A stretch of DNA of 64,000 nt, from assembly GCF_009914755.1 (NCBI RefSeq), contig NC_060932.1, one strand, 5' to 3'. The position numbers were made by a program, and so were the translations under genes. The first letter of the stretch is position 1. Each line of letters starts with the position of its first letter. Positions 13,668 to 28,624 of the stretch are shown piece by piece. The notes under the pieces are model-generated. The model was given only the letters and a program-made list of their open reading frames with translations, ran no database searches and was not told the DNA's origin. Source of the stretch: the human T2T-CHM13v2.0 reference genome, Homo sapiens.

Positions 13668-14020
13668 TGATATGGTTTGGCTGTGTCCCCACCCAAATCT
13701 CATCTTGAATTCCCATGTGTTGTGAAAGGGACCCAGTGGGAGGTAATTGAATCATGGGGTCAGCTCTCTCCCATGCTGTTCTCACCTAGTGAATAAGCCT
13801 CAGGAGACCTGATGGTTCCATAAGGGGGAATTTCCCTACAAAAACTCTCTCTTTGCCTGCTGCCATCCATGTAAGATGTGACTTGCTCCTCCTTGCCTTC
13901 CACCATGATTGTGAGGCCTCCCCAGCCATGTGGAACTGTAAGTCCATTAAACCTCTTTCTTTTGTAAATTCTCCAGTCTTGGGTATGTCTTTATCAGCAG
14001 TGTGAAAATGGACTAATACC
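13668..14020 (+). mobile_element. THE1 (THE1B-like) solo LTR
   Basis: tgatatggtttggctgtgtccccacccaaatctcatcttgaatt ... cagcagtgtgaaaatggactaatac. Confidence 0.95.
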
Positions 14021-14865
14021 AATGCACATTAAAGATTTTGGCTTTTCCTCAAATTCTGTCTGCTCCATCAGTTTCAAATGACCTTTGTCCACCAGTCGTA
14101 ATTTCTGCCTATACATACTGGATAAAGTGTTTCATCAGGTGCTGAGAGAATAACTTAACCAATATGCAGATGAAAGACAATTATTTTTGAAAATCACTGG
14201 GGAAAAGTCTGTTGGTCTTTCTCTAGATTTGTTAGGTAATTCCCTTGACCTCTGACACAGCATATTTTTCCAGGTCCCATGAATACACTTTTCCATAGGA
14301 AGTGATTAAGGTGTGGGTCTATACCTCAATGTCATTAACATTCCTTAATAATTTTCCTTAATCCCAAGTCAGGGCCAAACTTTACTGCTAATACCTGCCC
14401 TCTACCTGCATCCAGGGATCTCAGAGCTCTCCTGACAGAAGCGTTTAACTTCCTGTGAGGAAATGTTCATATAATTTACACACTAAATAACTACTTCGAA
14501 GTCTGCATAAATAGACTGAAATAAGTTTTTATAACCACCCAGAAACTGAATCAACTCTAGCAAGGGACTGGTAAATCACGTTGGTTTCTTCTTGGGCTTC
14601 CAACATAGAAGCCGCCAGATCAATCACTTCTAGATTGGAGTTGCTCATTAAACTTCACGGTGTTTTCTCATTTCTCTCCAAATAAATTTGACAATTCCTC
14701 TCTGAGGCTTCTGAGAAGCTCATCAGAAAAATTACTAGACAAGTATTTTGTGGCAACATATTTTAGCTTGTACTATTTTAAGCCCCACCCAGAAAGTTCA
14801 GTTTAATAATTTCTCCACAAGAAGTACGTACTCTTTTTGTCTTTCTTCTGTAACCTTTATTAAAG

Positions 14866-14956
14866 GAAAAAAAGAAGAAAAAGAAAAAGAAAAAACCTAA
14901 ATCCCAGTTCTTTCCAATTTCAGATCCTGTACTTTTCTAGTGCTCAACATAGCTTC

Positions 14957-14989
<33 letters not shown>

Positions 14990-15006
14990 GAACGGAAAAG
15001 AAAAAG
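14866..15006. repeat. A/AAAAG-rich low-complexity tracts
   Basis: Two A-rich runs, including a pure A run at about 14957-14975. Confidence 0.8.
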
Positions 15007-15611
15007 ACAATGCATAAAATTAGAAAAGTCCTCTTACTGAGCTAGGTGGAGACCTGCTTCCAGAGCTACCACTGAAATTATTGGCAAGAACATGCGAAGG
15101 CAGTAGATTGTACTAAAATGACGTGGACAGAAACAGAATCTAATAAAAGAAGAGGGAAGAATTTCTTACATTAAGAAATCATTTTCTGCTTTTTTTTTTT
15201 CTTTTCACAGGAAAACTTGCTGTGGGGTTGTCTAGATCAATGCCATTGCAGAAAGGCTGGACAAGGATTGAAGGTGAAAACGGGAGGAGAGCATTTCTAG
15301 AAAACTCTTTCCATACAAAGTGCCAGAGGCTTCATGCCAGATGCCCCATAAGCTCGTCTCAATCCCACCTTTAGTGACTTCACTGGGGTAGTCTGAAATG
15401 AACACTCTCAAAAGCCTGCCTTCCTATTTTACCTCAAGTTTGTTTGGCTTCCTTTGTAAATACCTGTGACATGTAGGTCAGGAACCAAAGAGTTTAGCAC
15501 TTTCATTTATTTCTGTTTTTGGTCTAAGGGAAACAGAATAACCACCAGTGACTTTCTATTAGTTTGAAATTTTGGAGGCCAAATGACATAAAATGACATA
15601 CAGCACCAGCT

Positions 15612-15914
15612 ATTTTTTTTGGAGGGGGGGGCACAGAGTCTTGCTCTGTCACCTAGACTAGAGTGCAGTGGTGCAACCTTGGCTTACTACAACCTCCACC
15701 TCCTGGGTTCAAGTAATTCTACTGCCTCAGCTTCCCAAGTAGCTGGGACTACAGGCACCCACCACCTCACCCAGCTAATTTGTTTTGTATTTTTAGTAGA
15801 GATGGGGTTTTACCGTGTTGGCCAGGATAGTCTCGAACTCCTGACCTCAAGTGATCCACCTGCCTCGGCCTCCCAAACTGCTGGGATTACAGGGGTGAGC
15901 CCCCACAAGTGGCC
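15612..15914 (-). mobile_element. AluS (Sx/Sz-like) with TSD agcaccagct
   Basis: Antisense Alu with ctgacctcaagtgatccacc; agcaccagct on both sides. Confidence 0.95.
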
Positions 15915-16149
15915 AGCACCAGCTGCTTTAAAAAAAATCTTGAGGGATCACAGATCAAAGCAGAGTCCACCACTCAGAACAGGCACAGGACAGTGGGTCT
16001 TGCAAAGATTAGGTTGGTGCAAACCTAGTAGCGTTGCTGTTAGGTACATCCCAAACTCCGTCACACAACACAAGTTGTTTCTCTTCTTTCCCGCCACAGG
16101 TTTGTGGATTCTATTGCTATCCTCATTTGGTGTTATAATTACTTGCAAT

Positions 16150-16275
16150 AATTGTTTACAGCCTCACCTCTGTCCCTTAAAATGTTTCTGGCGGGGGACC
16201 ATTGCTTTTTCTTGATTGTTTTCCTAATTCCTAGTAAAGTGCTTGGACACTCAGTGAATATTTCTTCACTGAATG
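16150..16275 (+). mobile_element. L2 3' tail fragment
   Basis: cctagtaaagtgcttggacactcagtgaatatttcttcactgaatg. Confidence 0.5.
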
Positions 16276-17120
16276 CTATTAATGGCCATTGTCCATCAGC
16301 ATCAAATAGAGAATGAAAACTACCCCCATATGTCTTATTTTAAACAGAAGCCCTGCCCTCAAAGAGCTCTACAGGGGAACGCCACCAACATATGCGTCCA
16401 CAGCTCATTTAATAATGCTCCCATCCATATGTTTTGCAGTAGGTGTTGCTGGACCAAGACTGAGTTCTGCGTCAACCAGATGTACTGTGCAGATTAGAAT
16501 TCCATCTTCATGCTTTTCCTGACTACAATTAATCTTAGGAAGAACCATTGACAAATCTGCAAGCGAGGGAGTTGTCCATGTGTTACCAGAATTAGGGAGT
16601 CACTGCCAAATTGCACGCCAACCTTCCCACCAGACTCTTTGGGGCTTCATAACCAGAAGAGCTTCTCCAGCCAGCAGCTGTTAAGGGATATTATTGTTTG
16701 GATGGAACCCGATTACTGTGCATCCTTCTTAATTAATGCGATTACCAAAGGAATGTATACAAAATAGGGCTCTAATTAATTGTAGCCAATTAAGATTTTA
16801 AACTATAAATTCTGTGATTATTTCACATATAAGGTGTGATGCTGCAGTTTCTTAAAGACATTTCCTGAAGAAACAAATCTTAGTACGATACCTAAATTAC
16901 TCAGAGAGGAAGATTTTACATTTATGGATGATTGATTTGTGTTGAGCTCCCTACACAGTTTCTTTCTGAAAAGTGCATATAAAGTTAAAGAAACAAAAGC
17001 ACGGAGTCATGAGACTCTATAGTATTACAGGTGCAATCATTTCTGTTACAAAGCTATGGAATTATGCAAGTGAGTGTGCAGAGGAAATAGAAACATTTCA
17101 CTTTAAAAACTGGAAGATAG

Positions 17121-17525
<405 letters not shown>

Positions 17526-18491
17526 TTAGTAATAAACATGAGACGTTTTCACACTTAAGAGGGTAATGTGTTTTCTCAGTTTACGTCACTACCTGCATGA
17601 GTTCCCATGTAACCACAATGTAAGACAAAGCTGTGGCAGAGGCCTGTGGACATCAGGGAGTTTCACCTACTGCTATTTCACCTTCACCTCCTGAACTCAC
17701 AAGAAAGACATGGGGTATTCCCAAGTCACAGAAAACAGGAACAGAACATTTATCCAAAGAAAATGATGATGATGATGAAACGCATTCCGTTTCATGTGAA
17801 ATTACCAGGCAATAGCTACCGTATTTAATTCAATTCATATTAGATATGAGAAACTGCACGTGTGGAGGGAATAGAAATTGAATTAAATACACTCGGTTTC
17901 TCAGATGTAATATGGTCAGGCCGAGTCAAGTGTTACCAACTGTGGTTGCCGAACGAAGAAAATGGAATACGCATGCTTATGATTATATATATAAGAGAAA
18001 TGCATATATACACATACATATACCTGTGTATTTATACATAACATATATATAAAATATGTATAACAAGAAAAATCTAACACAAATACTCCAATTCATAGGC
18101 ATAACACCCCTCCCAAAAGCAGACTTTCCCGTGTGGATTTATTGCAATGGTAAAAAGCTAACTCTTGCTAAAGTAGATTACATATAGTCTGACAATCGTA
18201 GATTCTGATCCGTATTTTAGATAAGAAATTGTTTACACTGTGTTGTCGAGTATAGATTGGAAACCACATATCTGCGTACAATCTTCCTTTCCTCAGAACC
18301 AACATATATTTATTTTTCTTGGGTTTCCATACAAAAAGCAGGCCTGGCAGGAGCACGGCTCTGAGGTGTCATGGACCTGCGTCTGCAGTAGAGGGCAGGA
18401 GCAGGGACAGCTGGGGGACTGTTGCATCCGACTGAACTCTGGGCTAGCAGTTCCCAACCTTCACACCCAGACCTCGGACGAGGGAACGTTA

Positions 18492-18507
18492 GCGCCCGGC
18501 GGCAGTG
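18492..18507 (+). promoter_or_regulatory. candidate CTCF motif in a locally CpG-rich patch
   Basis: gcgcccggcggcag matches CCGCGNGGNGGCAG at 12 of 14 positions; about 13 CpGs in 18350-18585. Confidence 0.4.
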
Positions 18508-19802
18508 GATTTCGGGAGAGGGTCACGCCCTAAACATTATGTCCGGGTTTGGAGACAGACATCCATTTGGATTTTCCTGGCGGGGATTCAAACTTTTAGC
18601 AGAGACACTTGATGCATAGAATACTTGGCATCTTGGCCACACGGAGACCCATCTGTCACAATGGCATCCTGCCTATTTCAAAGTTGCTTAGATCTTTTCA
18701 GCAAGCCATAAGTGCCAGGCAGGAGTGGCTCTTCATGGGGAGTGGGTATAAAACTGCAAGTGGCATCTCTTCCACAGGAACATCTTCTCTTCCGCTAGTT
18801 CCCATCCCTGGTCCAGCTTGCAAGAGCTACACCTGTTGCCCCTCGTTCATAGAATACACTAGATTTGCCCTGGAAAGGCAACGCCAGCACTTCAGATTAC
18901 GTTCATATGCCAGAAAGACAGGTGGTGCTTCAGCAGGAGTCTGATGAAGTCAGGAAGATAACTCAGGGCATAAAAATGTTTTTATAAAAGAAAGTAGAGT
19001 CCTCTCCATGGGAGCATTGTGAGGCAGCTCCGTAGATGACCACAATTATAAAACTAAATAGAATTTCGGCACACTACGATGACAAGAACACGGGGTAATA
19101 TCACATCAAGAACTTGCTCTTCACATCAGCAGATATTGTTGACAATGTTTATGGGCAACTTTTAAATATGGCAAAACCCTTTGAAAAAAGTATTCTGGTT
19201 ATAGATTCAGAGTACATTGGAACACATATGCACATATAAATATGGCTTTCATTTACATGAAATCAATTGTTTGTCAGGGAAGATGGTTTTGTTCAACTTG
19301 CAATGTATGTTTTCTTTCTTCCTCATGGAAATATGAAAGCTAAATGCAGTTGTTTAGAATGAGAAAATGCACGTGGCACTCAAATACTGCCCTGCTCAAT
19401 AAATGTAAGTTGAAAATATCAGATCATCCTACTTGGGGAAACTCTGTAGTAATAACCTCCAATAAAAATACTTTACACAAAGAGTCTAGGCATTTTTTTA
19501 CAGCTGATTTTATTTAATGAATTGTAAGGCACCATAACTATTGTGATATCGCAAAGAATAAATAGGTATCAAGGTTCATATTTTAACAAAGTGACAGCTA
19601 GATGCTAACGTAGGCTTTACTATATTAAAAGTAGATAATGCATTCAACAGAATCCCTGAGAATATTTTACTTTTGCAAGAAATGACAGAAAGGAATCCTT
19701 TGTCAGCATTACAGTTTTTGACTGGTGATGGATACCAACATTCATGTCAACAGGGTGTGAGACATGTCATTAGGCATCCGCAGGTGTACAGGGTTCAGTA
19801 GG

Positions 19803-20583
<781 letters not shown>

Positions 20584-22501
20584 TCACAATCCCTAATAAT
20601 AAAAGCCATAATGTGAAAAGTGTTGCAAGATAGGACCAGAGTGTGGCAGTGGTTCAGATGGAGAAGGAGATTTCCAAAGACTGTAACATTTGAGATGGGC
20701 CTGGAAGGCTAGGTACAATTCAAAACAGGTCACTGCTCTTAAGGCATTTACAATCAGAAGTTGATACAGAAAATATGCTAAGGTCTATTTAGTAGAGTGA
20801 GTATTGTTACTGTGTGTGATAACAAAGCTGAAATGACAGAAAAATCACTTGTAAAATAATACTAGACTTTGTGATGTTTAAAGTCTTATTTCTCTGATTT
20901 TGAGTTAGCAATACTTTAAAAAAAAAGAAAATATGTATTCTATTACAAAACTGCCCCCTGAAAAATTCTTCCTTTGAATGGAATCCCGTGTTGGTGTTGG
21001 TGACTCCTGAGTTGAAATCATTACGAAGGGGATGATGCTGATCGAGGGATCAAGGACATCACTCAAGGCCCCCTCCATGTGCGAAGCATATGAGCTTTCT
21101 GGGACAGACTTATTTTTGTATTTATGAGCTTCGAAAATCACAAAGTGTATTGCCTTCTCTCTCTTTTCTTTTTGCTGGAAATCTCAGAGTGAAAGGTGGG
21201 TGTTCCTCCCAGATTCAGACCTTTCTGCTGATTCTTGCACAATATCCTCCTCTTGTCCTTCTGTATATCCACCTGGACTTCATTACCCATTTTCTAACTT
21301 TCTGCACAATGTGTATGTCTGCTCCAATATTTATTAGAAAAAGGACAGGGATATAAATGTGAAAAAAAAAGCCAATTTCCAATGTCTAGACAAGCACTGC
21401 GAGTTGTGCTTTAAAAAGACACAAAGGTGAAAAGTGATAGCTGAATCACGTTACTTCAGATTGATAAATCTTTTCTTTCTTGACCCAATCTCACTATTTC
21501 AGTGAAATAAACTTATTATTTGACTAATACATTTTTCGTAATTTCACCAAGAACTTTCCAGTAATTAATTTCCACACATATATGCAGGTATGTGCATATG
21601 GAATTTTAAATAATTTATATATAAACACACTTGTGAATATGTATGTTTGTACATATATGCAGATATATATTGTTCATATAATCACCACACACACACACCC
21701 CTACAACATTTAATTTTAAATAAGTGAGTTTTTAAAAAAGTAGTAAAATTCTGGGGGGTGTATGTATGTTTGGTTTATATTTTTTTCCTTTGCTATTACG
21801 ATTGAGTTGTTTGGGCACCTAAAATACATGTACCAAAAGATAAGCCACTTAGGTGCAGGGACGAATGTAACAGAGCCATGGTTTTCAGTGAGGTAGTAGT
21901 TTGTTAAACAGAGAAAATAATGATTATGTAACATGTCATGCCTTACTTCTATAAAGTTAGAATGGAAACATACTCAGTTAAAATCACTAAAGTAAAATTA
22001 AAATCCTGTAAAACTGAAACATACTTGAAATTAAAACACTTTGTAATTTAGTCATAGCTACAATTCAGAAATAATCTCTTGCCCAAAGGGAAAAAGAAGA
22101 GTTCTGTCAATTAGAGTATATTTAGAACCACGGGTTAGATGTAAATGTTAAATTCTTCCTTACTATGAAACTTTGCTGGTACTTAAAATTTAGCATAAAC
22201 AAATAATCTAATAAATTTTATTCATTAGAAATATGACCAAAATTTCCAATATAATAACAAAAATTAAGGGGGATTTAATGTATATTTTCTATTAGCCATT
22301 CCCTGGCTATTTGAAGCATGTTATCAGTCATTTTGATAGAAGGCAGAAGTTTGCATTAGTTCCAGATCTTTCATAAAATGTTGACATAAAATAAAATGAT
22401 TCAATACCCAGTACTCAGTACACTAAATGTAGTAACAATTTGTACCATAATATGAAAAGTTTTAATATCGATACTCCAGTACATTGTACTACTAATTAAC
22501 A

Positions 22502-22886
22502 TAGTAGGTGTGAATCTGTCCCCTCTAAAATCTGGGTGTTGCCAATGTGATAGTATTGGAAGCTGGGCCTAGAATAAGTGATTAGCCTGTGATGGCTGCT
22601 CTTTTGTGATTACAGTAGGTCCCCCCATTATAAAAGGGCATGACCCAGAGTTCATCCCCTTTTGCCCTTTCACCTTCTTTCATGTGAAGGGAGAGCATTC
22701 CTTCCCTCCAGAGGGTGCAGCAACAAGGTATTCTCTTGGAAGCAGAGAACAGCCCTCAACAGACACCAGACCTGCCAATGCCTTGATCTTGGACTTCCCA
22801 GCCTCCAGAACCATGAGAAATACATTTCTGTTCTCTATCAGTTAGTCCCAGGTATTTTGCTGCAGTAGCACAAAAGAGCTAAGACA
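22502..22886 (+). mobile_element. MaLR solo LTR (MSTC/MSTD-like)
   Basis: gccttgatcttggacttcccagcctccagaaccatgagaaatacatttctg...gcacaaaagagctaagaca. Confidence 0.85.
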
Positions 22887-23351
22887 GTAGAGGAAAATAA
22901 AATGAAAAGACAAATAGAAGACAATGTTGAGATCAATCAAGGTAGGTTATCATGAAAATTCCTACCTTGTATATATAATATTTGTAATGTTGAGTCAATG
23001 CCTTTTCTAAGAGTCTTATGCTAATGAACCAAACAGGACAGGATCTTCACCCCCAAATCTACTCAGACTTATTCTAGAAAGTATTATACTTATGACTGGC
23101 TGAAATGAGCGATCCAAGGCAGTTCAAGATAAGTCAATTTCTTGAGTCTACACATAGGAAAATTAGAATATTAATAACAAAGTATTTAGAGAGAAAATGC
23201 ATATGGAAATGCTGGCAGTATAAATCTAGGGAATTCACTCATATCTTGAAAATCCGTTTAATGACATTAGTTTTGAAAACAAAAGTATATGTCTGCAGCA
23301 AGATCATTTTTCTCAGGAATCAAGGATTTAGTTACTGGGGACCTGTCCTCA

Positions 23352-23650
<299 letters not shown>

Positions 23651-23715
23651 AAGAAAAGAAAAAGAGAGCGAAAGAGAAGAAAAGAAAAGAAAAGAAAAGA
23701 AAAGAAAAGAAAGAG

Positions 23716-23766
<51 letters not shown>

Positions 23767-23917
23767 AAAGAAAGAAAGAAAGAAAAGAAAGAAAGGAAGA
23801 AAGAAAGGAAGGAAGAAAGAAAAGAGAAAGAAAAGAAAGAGAAAGAAAAAGAAAGAAAGAAAAAGAAAAAAGAAGAAAGAAAGAAAGAAAAGAAAAGAAA
23901 GTAAAAGAAAGAAAGAA
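23651..23917. repeat. compound (GAAA)n/(GAAAA)n/(GGAA)n microsatellite derived from the Alu tail
   Basis: Uninterrupted purines 23670-23901; about 13 perfect GAAA units at 23717-23768. Confidence 0.97.
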
Positions 23918-24679
23918 ATTATGATGATTATGATGGTGATTTAGGGTCAGAAACAGGCAATTTCAAGTGACTTGTTAGCTCCCTCTCACGTTCCATTGAG
24001 AAACCTCTTCCACCAGCCAGAGGCAACATTTATTGTCAGCCAATCTGAGTGGGGGTGCTAAACGCATTTCACATTTAGGATATACTCAGGAAAATTCAAA
24101 TTCCATTATAAATTATGTTTTAATCTTCCTAAGCTATCTCAAAAATTATCATTATTTAATATGAAACATATATAATGTGAATTAATGGGAGTTTATATTT
24201 TTAAGATCATGTTAAAGGTAAGAATGTCTTTATACTGTCCCCTGAAAACACAGTATTCTCTGTATGTAAGTTTGTGATGTTGGAATCACTATATAGTTGG
24301 TAAAATGGCACTTTAAACTGTGAACATAGAAATTCAGATGCTTATTAACATACAATGCATATTTTCCAAAATACCTTTTATTTTACTCAGATAATGGAAG
24401 GATAACCAACAAGTGTGAATTACCCACAGAAGTGATGGGTGTGTGTGTGTCTGTCTCTGTGTACAGGAATGTGTATGCAATGTTTACTCACCCTAAGACA
24501 AAATGTGTTCCTTGTTGTTCTGAGTAATTATTCTTCTCCACCAGCCATTTTTTTCTTATATGTTGTTTTCACAGATCATGGCGAGAGGACTTTATAAAAG
24601 TTCAAGGGAACGTTACTCAATCTGAGAGAATACCCAAGAGTGACTGTATTCACTCAGAATTGAACCTTCCATGCAAGAA

Positions 24680-25050
24680 GCCACCTCCAGCCTTCTGAAC
24701 ATACCCTCACATCTGTTTGGAATACTTGCCCTCTTCACTCAGCCAAATTTGCTTCAGATCCAATCCTGCAATTTCCTTCCTATGAAAAGCCTTTCAAGAA
24801 TCCCCCAGCATGGATAAACTGCCCTCTTCCCTTGTACCCAGAGCACCTGAGCTTTTGTAATCATGATCCAGGAAGTCACTCTGGTGAGATTACCCATTGC
24901 CTTGCAGGTATCTCCCACCAGAGTAAATTCTAGAAGGGGTGAAGTACTGCCTGTGTGTGCGAGTGTGTGCGTGCATGTCTGTCTGTGTTTTTTTAATGTA
25001 CCTTCAGTTCTAATGGCAGATGATACGTACACTGAATGTGTTGTTTAAAG
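24680..25050 (+). mobile_element. L2 3' fragment
   Basis: L2-like tttccttcctatgaaaagcctttc...ctcccaccagagtaaattctagaagggg. Confidence 0.55.
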
Positions 25051-26145
25051 GTATAAATAGGCATCATTGATTCTTGTTACATAACCTGTCCCTGTCCCAC
25101 CCCATCTCAAACTAGCACTTCTAATTATGTATGCTTATATATAGCACAATATTTTACAAAATCCTGTTTTACTTGAGAAAAATTAGAAATTAAAGGTCAA
25201 ATGATATTTAGCAATAAGAACTTCTAATAACTTGATATTATCACTTTTATGTATTCTTCCTACCTTAAAATTTGACTCGTTTTACATTGCTGGGCAAACC
25301 ATTCACACCCTTTCAGTTTTTAAGTGCACATATTACATTTGTTTTCTATAAAAGCTATTGATAGCGCTCATGAGAGAAGGTATGCAGATAACAAGAAACA
25401 ACACATCTTGTCCACAGTTCACATGGTGCAGCCTGGGAAATTTCTGAGAGCCCCTGCAGACCTTCAGATGACAGACCAGCCCATTATATGCATTCTGTGT
25501 TCTCACGCCCCTAGATTGCCAGAGGTGTAAAGGAGGCTACTGAAGGACACCAAAGTCACCCCAAGAAGTGTTTCCTTCTACACAGGGAAATGACTTGAGG
25601 AATTCCTTTACCAAGTTTTTCCTAGTGCTAAAGTTTTAACTGGCATCTTCTCTAAGCCTCAAAAGAGTCTCTCACTCCCTTAAATCTTCTTATTCCTAGT
25701 CTTGGTGTATATGCATATTACACACTTTCCATCACAGAAATACTCACATTAATGTGAACAGTAACAGTCCCTAGCATCCACCTCAGCTAGATGGGGCGCT
25801 ACTACTCAGGCATAACTCCAAGAATTTTCCAACTTAGGGGAACAATCTTAAAAAATGATTTGAAATAAAGGGATATCAATTATACTAGCATGGAATTAGG
25901 GGAAATATTTTTTAAATATATAATACCATCAATTTTTCAGTTTTAGATGACCACTGTCATTTTCTTTCAATAGTTACATAATAGTAGACACAAGTGTCCA
26001 TTCATTAAACAGCTGTCCTTTCTTCTACGCTTCACCCTTGACTCACTCATGCCTCATCCTCAAAGGCAATGGGAGTTGATGCTTTCGTATTGGTTAGGAG
26101 CATGAACAGTTAACTTCTTAAAGGGCTGGCATACATTTTAAAATA

Positions 26146-26346
26146 AAGAGTGTAACTGGATTGTTTGATACTCAAAGGATAAATGTTGGAGGGGATGGAT
26201 ATACATTCTCCATGGTGTGCTTATTTCATATTACATGCCTGTGTCAAAACATCTTATGTACTTTCTCTCTAAATATAAATAAACACACATATATATTCAT
26301 ATATATATATACTATGTGCCCACATAACTTAAAAATAAATATAAAA
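26146..26346 (+). mobile_element. L1MA (MA1-3-like) extreme 3' end
   Basis: gagtgtaactggattgtttg...aaaggataaatgttggaggggatggata...catgcctgtgtcaaaacatcttatgtac...actatgtgcccaca, then A-rich tail. Confidence 0.85.
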
Positions 26347-27211
26347 TGAAGCCCTTGTGATAACCTCATTGAGTTTAAACATACACACTACACTTGTATT
26401 CTACATTGCTTCCTGCACTCACACGTTCTCTCCTGGTATACCTATCCACGGAGAGCACTCAGTGGGACTATCAGTGCTTGGGAGTTAGCATGATTACAGA
26501 AATTTACCAAGGAACCTTGGAAAGGTCATTCTATTATATATCTCCAAGATTCAGTGTCCCAATGGTAGAAATATAATAATTCCAATAATGGGTTTTCAAT
26601 AATAAATGAGATAATGAAGAAGTAACTGGCCCACAAACTATAGGCAGTATCCAAACTTTATCTGTATAGGTTTCTTTGGTTTGGGTTCTATGGAGGAAAG
26701 AAAGTAGCTTAGCAAGCTATTCTCAACCTTGCATCTGAATCATCCTTTGATAGTTTAAGAAAGTTTTATAATAGAATTCATTTTTGTCCTCTGTCACATC
26801 TCAGCTTGCTTGAAGTCTCAATCACTGTAGGCAGAAAAGTGATGAACAAGACAAGTTTCTGCCGTCATGATTCTGACAATGTAAATCAAGCATCCAGGCT
26901 CACAAATAAACATCCAGACACTCGATGTTGAATACAGATTTGACAATCTCTGCTAGACAAAAATGTAGGATCCACTTTGAGTTATGATCATGTAAGTTTT
27001 ATTTTCATCTATGTGACCATGATAAAGTTGTAAACAGTTTTGTATCATTTTACTAAGATATTTTCATCCCAGTATCCTAATTATGTTCATGTAAAATGAA
27101 TTTTCCTCTCAAGAATTTGAACGTTTTCTGTTCTATTTTTATTGAATTAAAAACCATCTATATGATATTTTCAATAAAAGATGTAATAGTAAACATAAGT
27201 ATAAAACCTAC

Positions 27212-27513
<302 letters not shown>

Positions 27514-27579
27514 AAAACCTACAAAAAACTTTTATAAACATTTTAAAATCACTCAAACTTTTTGACATATGTATCATAT

Positions 27580-27720
27580 TGTTTTCATTTGTCATATTAA
27601 GATTATTACAGTTCGGGAAGAAAATATGTTTCTCAAGTTTCCCCAACCAGCACAAGACAAAACTGGGATTTGAACCCAAATCTTGTCTCTTCAAATCCCG
27701 TCTCTTTTTCTGTATTATGC
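27580..27720 (-). mobile_element. MIR fragment
   Basis: aactgggatttgaacccaaatcttgtctcttcaaatcccgtctcttttt. Confidence 0.65.
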
Positions 27721-27985
27721 AACGGAAGAATCTTTGCATCCACCATGGTGTCTACATTGCATAAATACCTCCAATAAATATTTCTGGAATGAATGAGCAA
27801 GTGACTTGAATTACTACATACCTTAAATAGTTTGGGTTGTTATCAAGCATATTTGAATATATTATGACAGAATGAACTAGCATTATAAGTCTTTCTGAAT
27901 GTTTAGTCCCTGAGCAGCAGACACAAGGAAGGACAACATCACTATGGTTAATCAGAGAATAAAACATGGTGAATACCAGTTTTAT

Positions 27986-27987
<2 letters not shown>

Positions 27988-28017
<30 letters not shown>
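27988..28017. repeat. poly(T) tract of about 30 nt
   Basis: Direct reading. Confidence 0.95.
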
Positions 28018-28019
<2 letters not shown>

Positions 28020-28250
28020 AGTGTGGCCCACTTTTGGTTCTGGGAAGGGGCTCAAGAGTTCAACTTGAAGGTTAATTTCCAGACACAAGTAGGTGGTCTT
28101 TGACGGGGTCATGTGTTGTCACATGACTCCTGTTGAAACCTGACATTTCTTTAGCAGTTAAATACATGGCATTTTGTAAAACAATCTAAAATATACCTTT
28201 CCTACAGAACTTACTGTTAATCATTTCAAAATCAACCATAAAATATTTAA

Positions 28251-28624
<374 letters not shown>

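Noticed and set aside
15619-16215. Longest ORF (198 aa)
   Set aside because: The first half is antisense Alu translation (LECSG...PASASQ), it starts at a non-ATG codon and the remainder has no recognisable domain
25780-25803. CTCF-like cagctagatggggcgcta
   Set aside because: Mismatch at the near-invariant C of the GGC core in the best register
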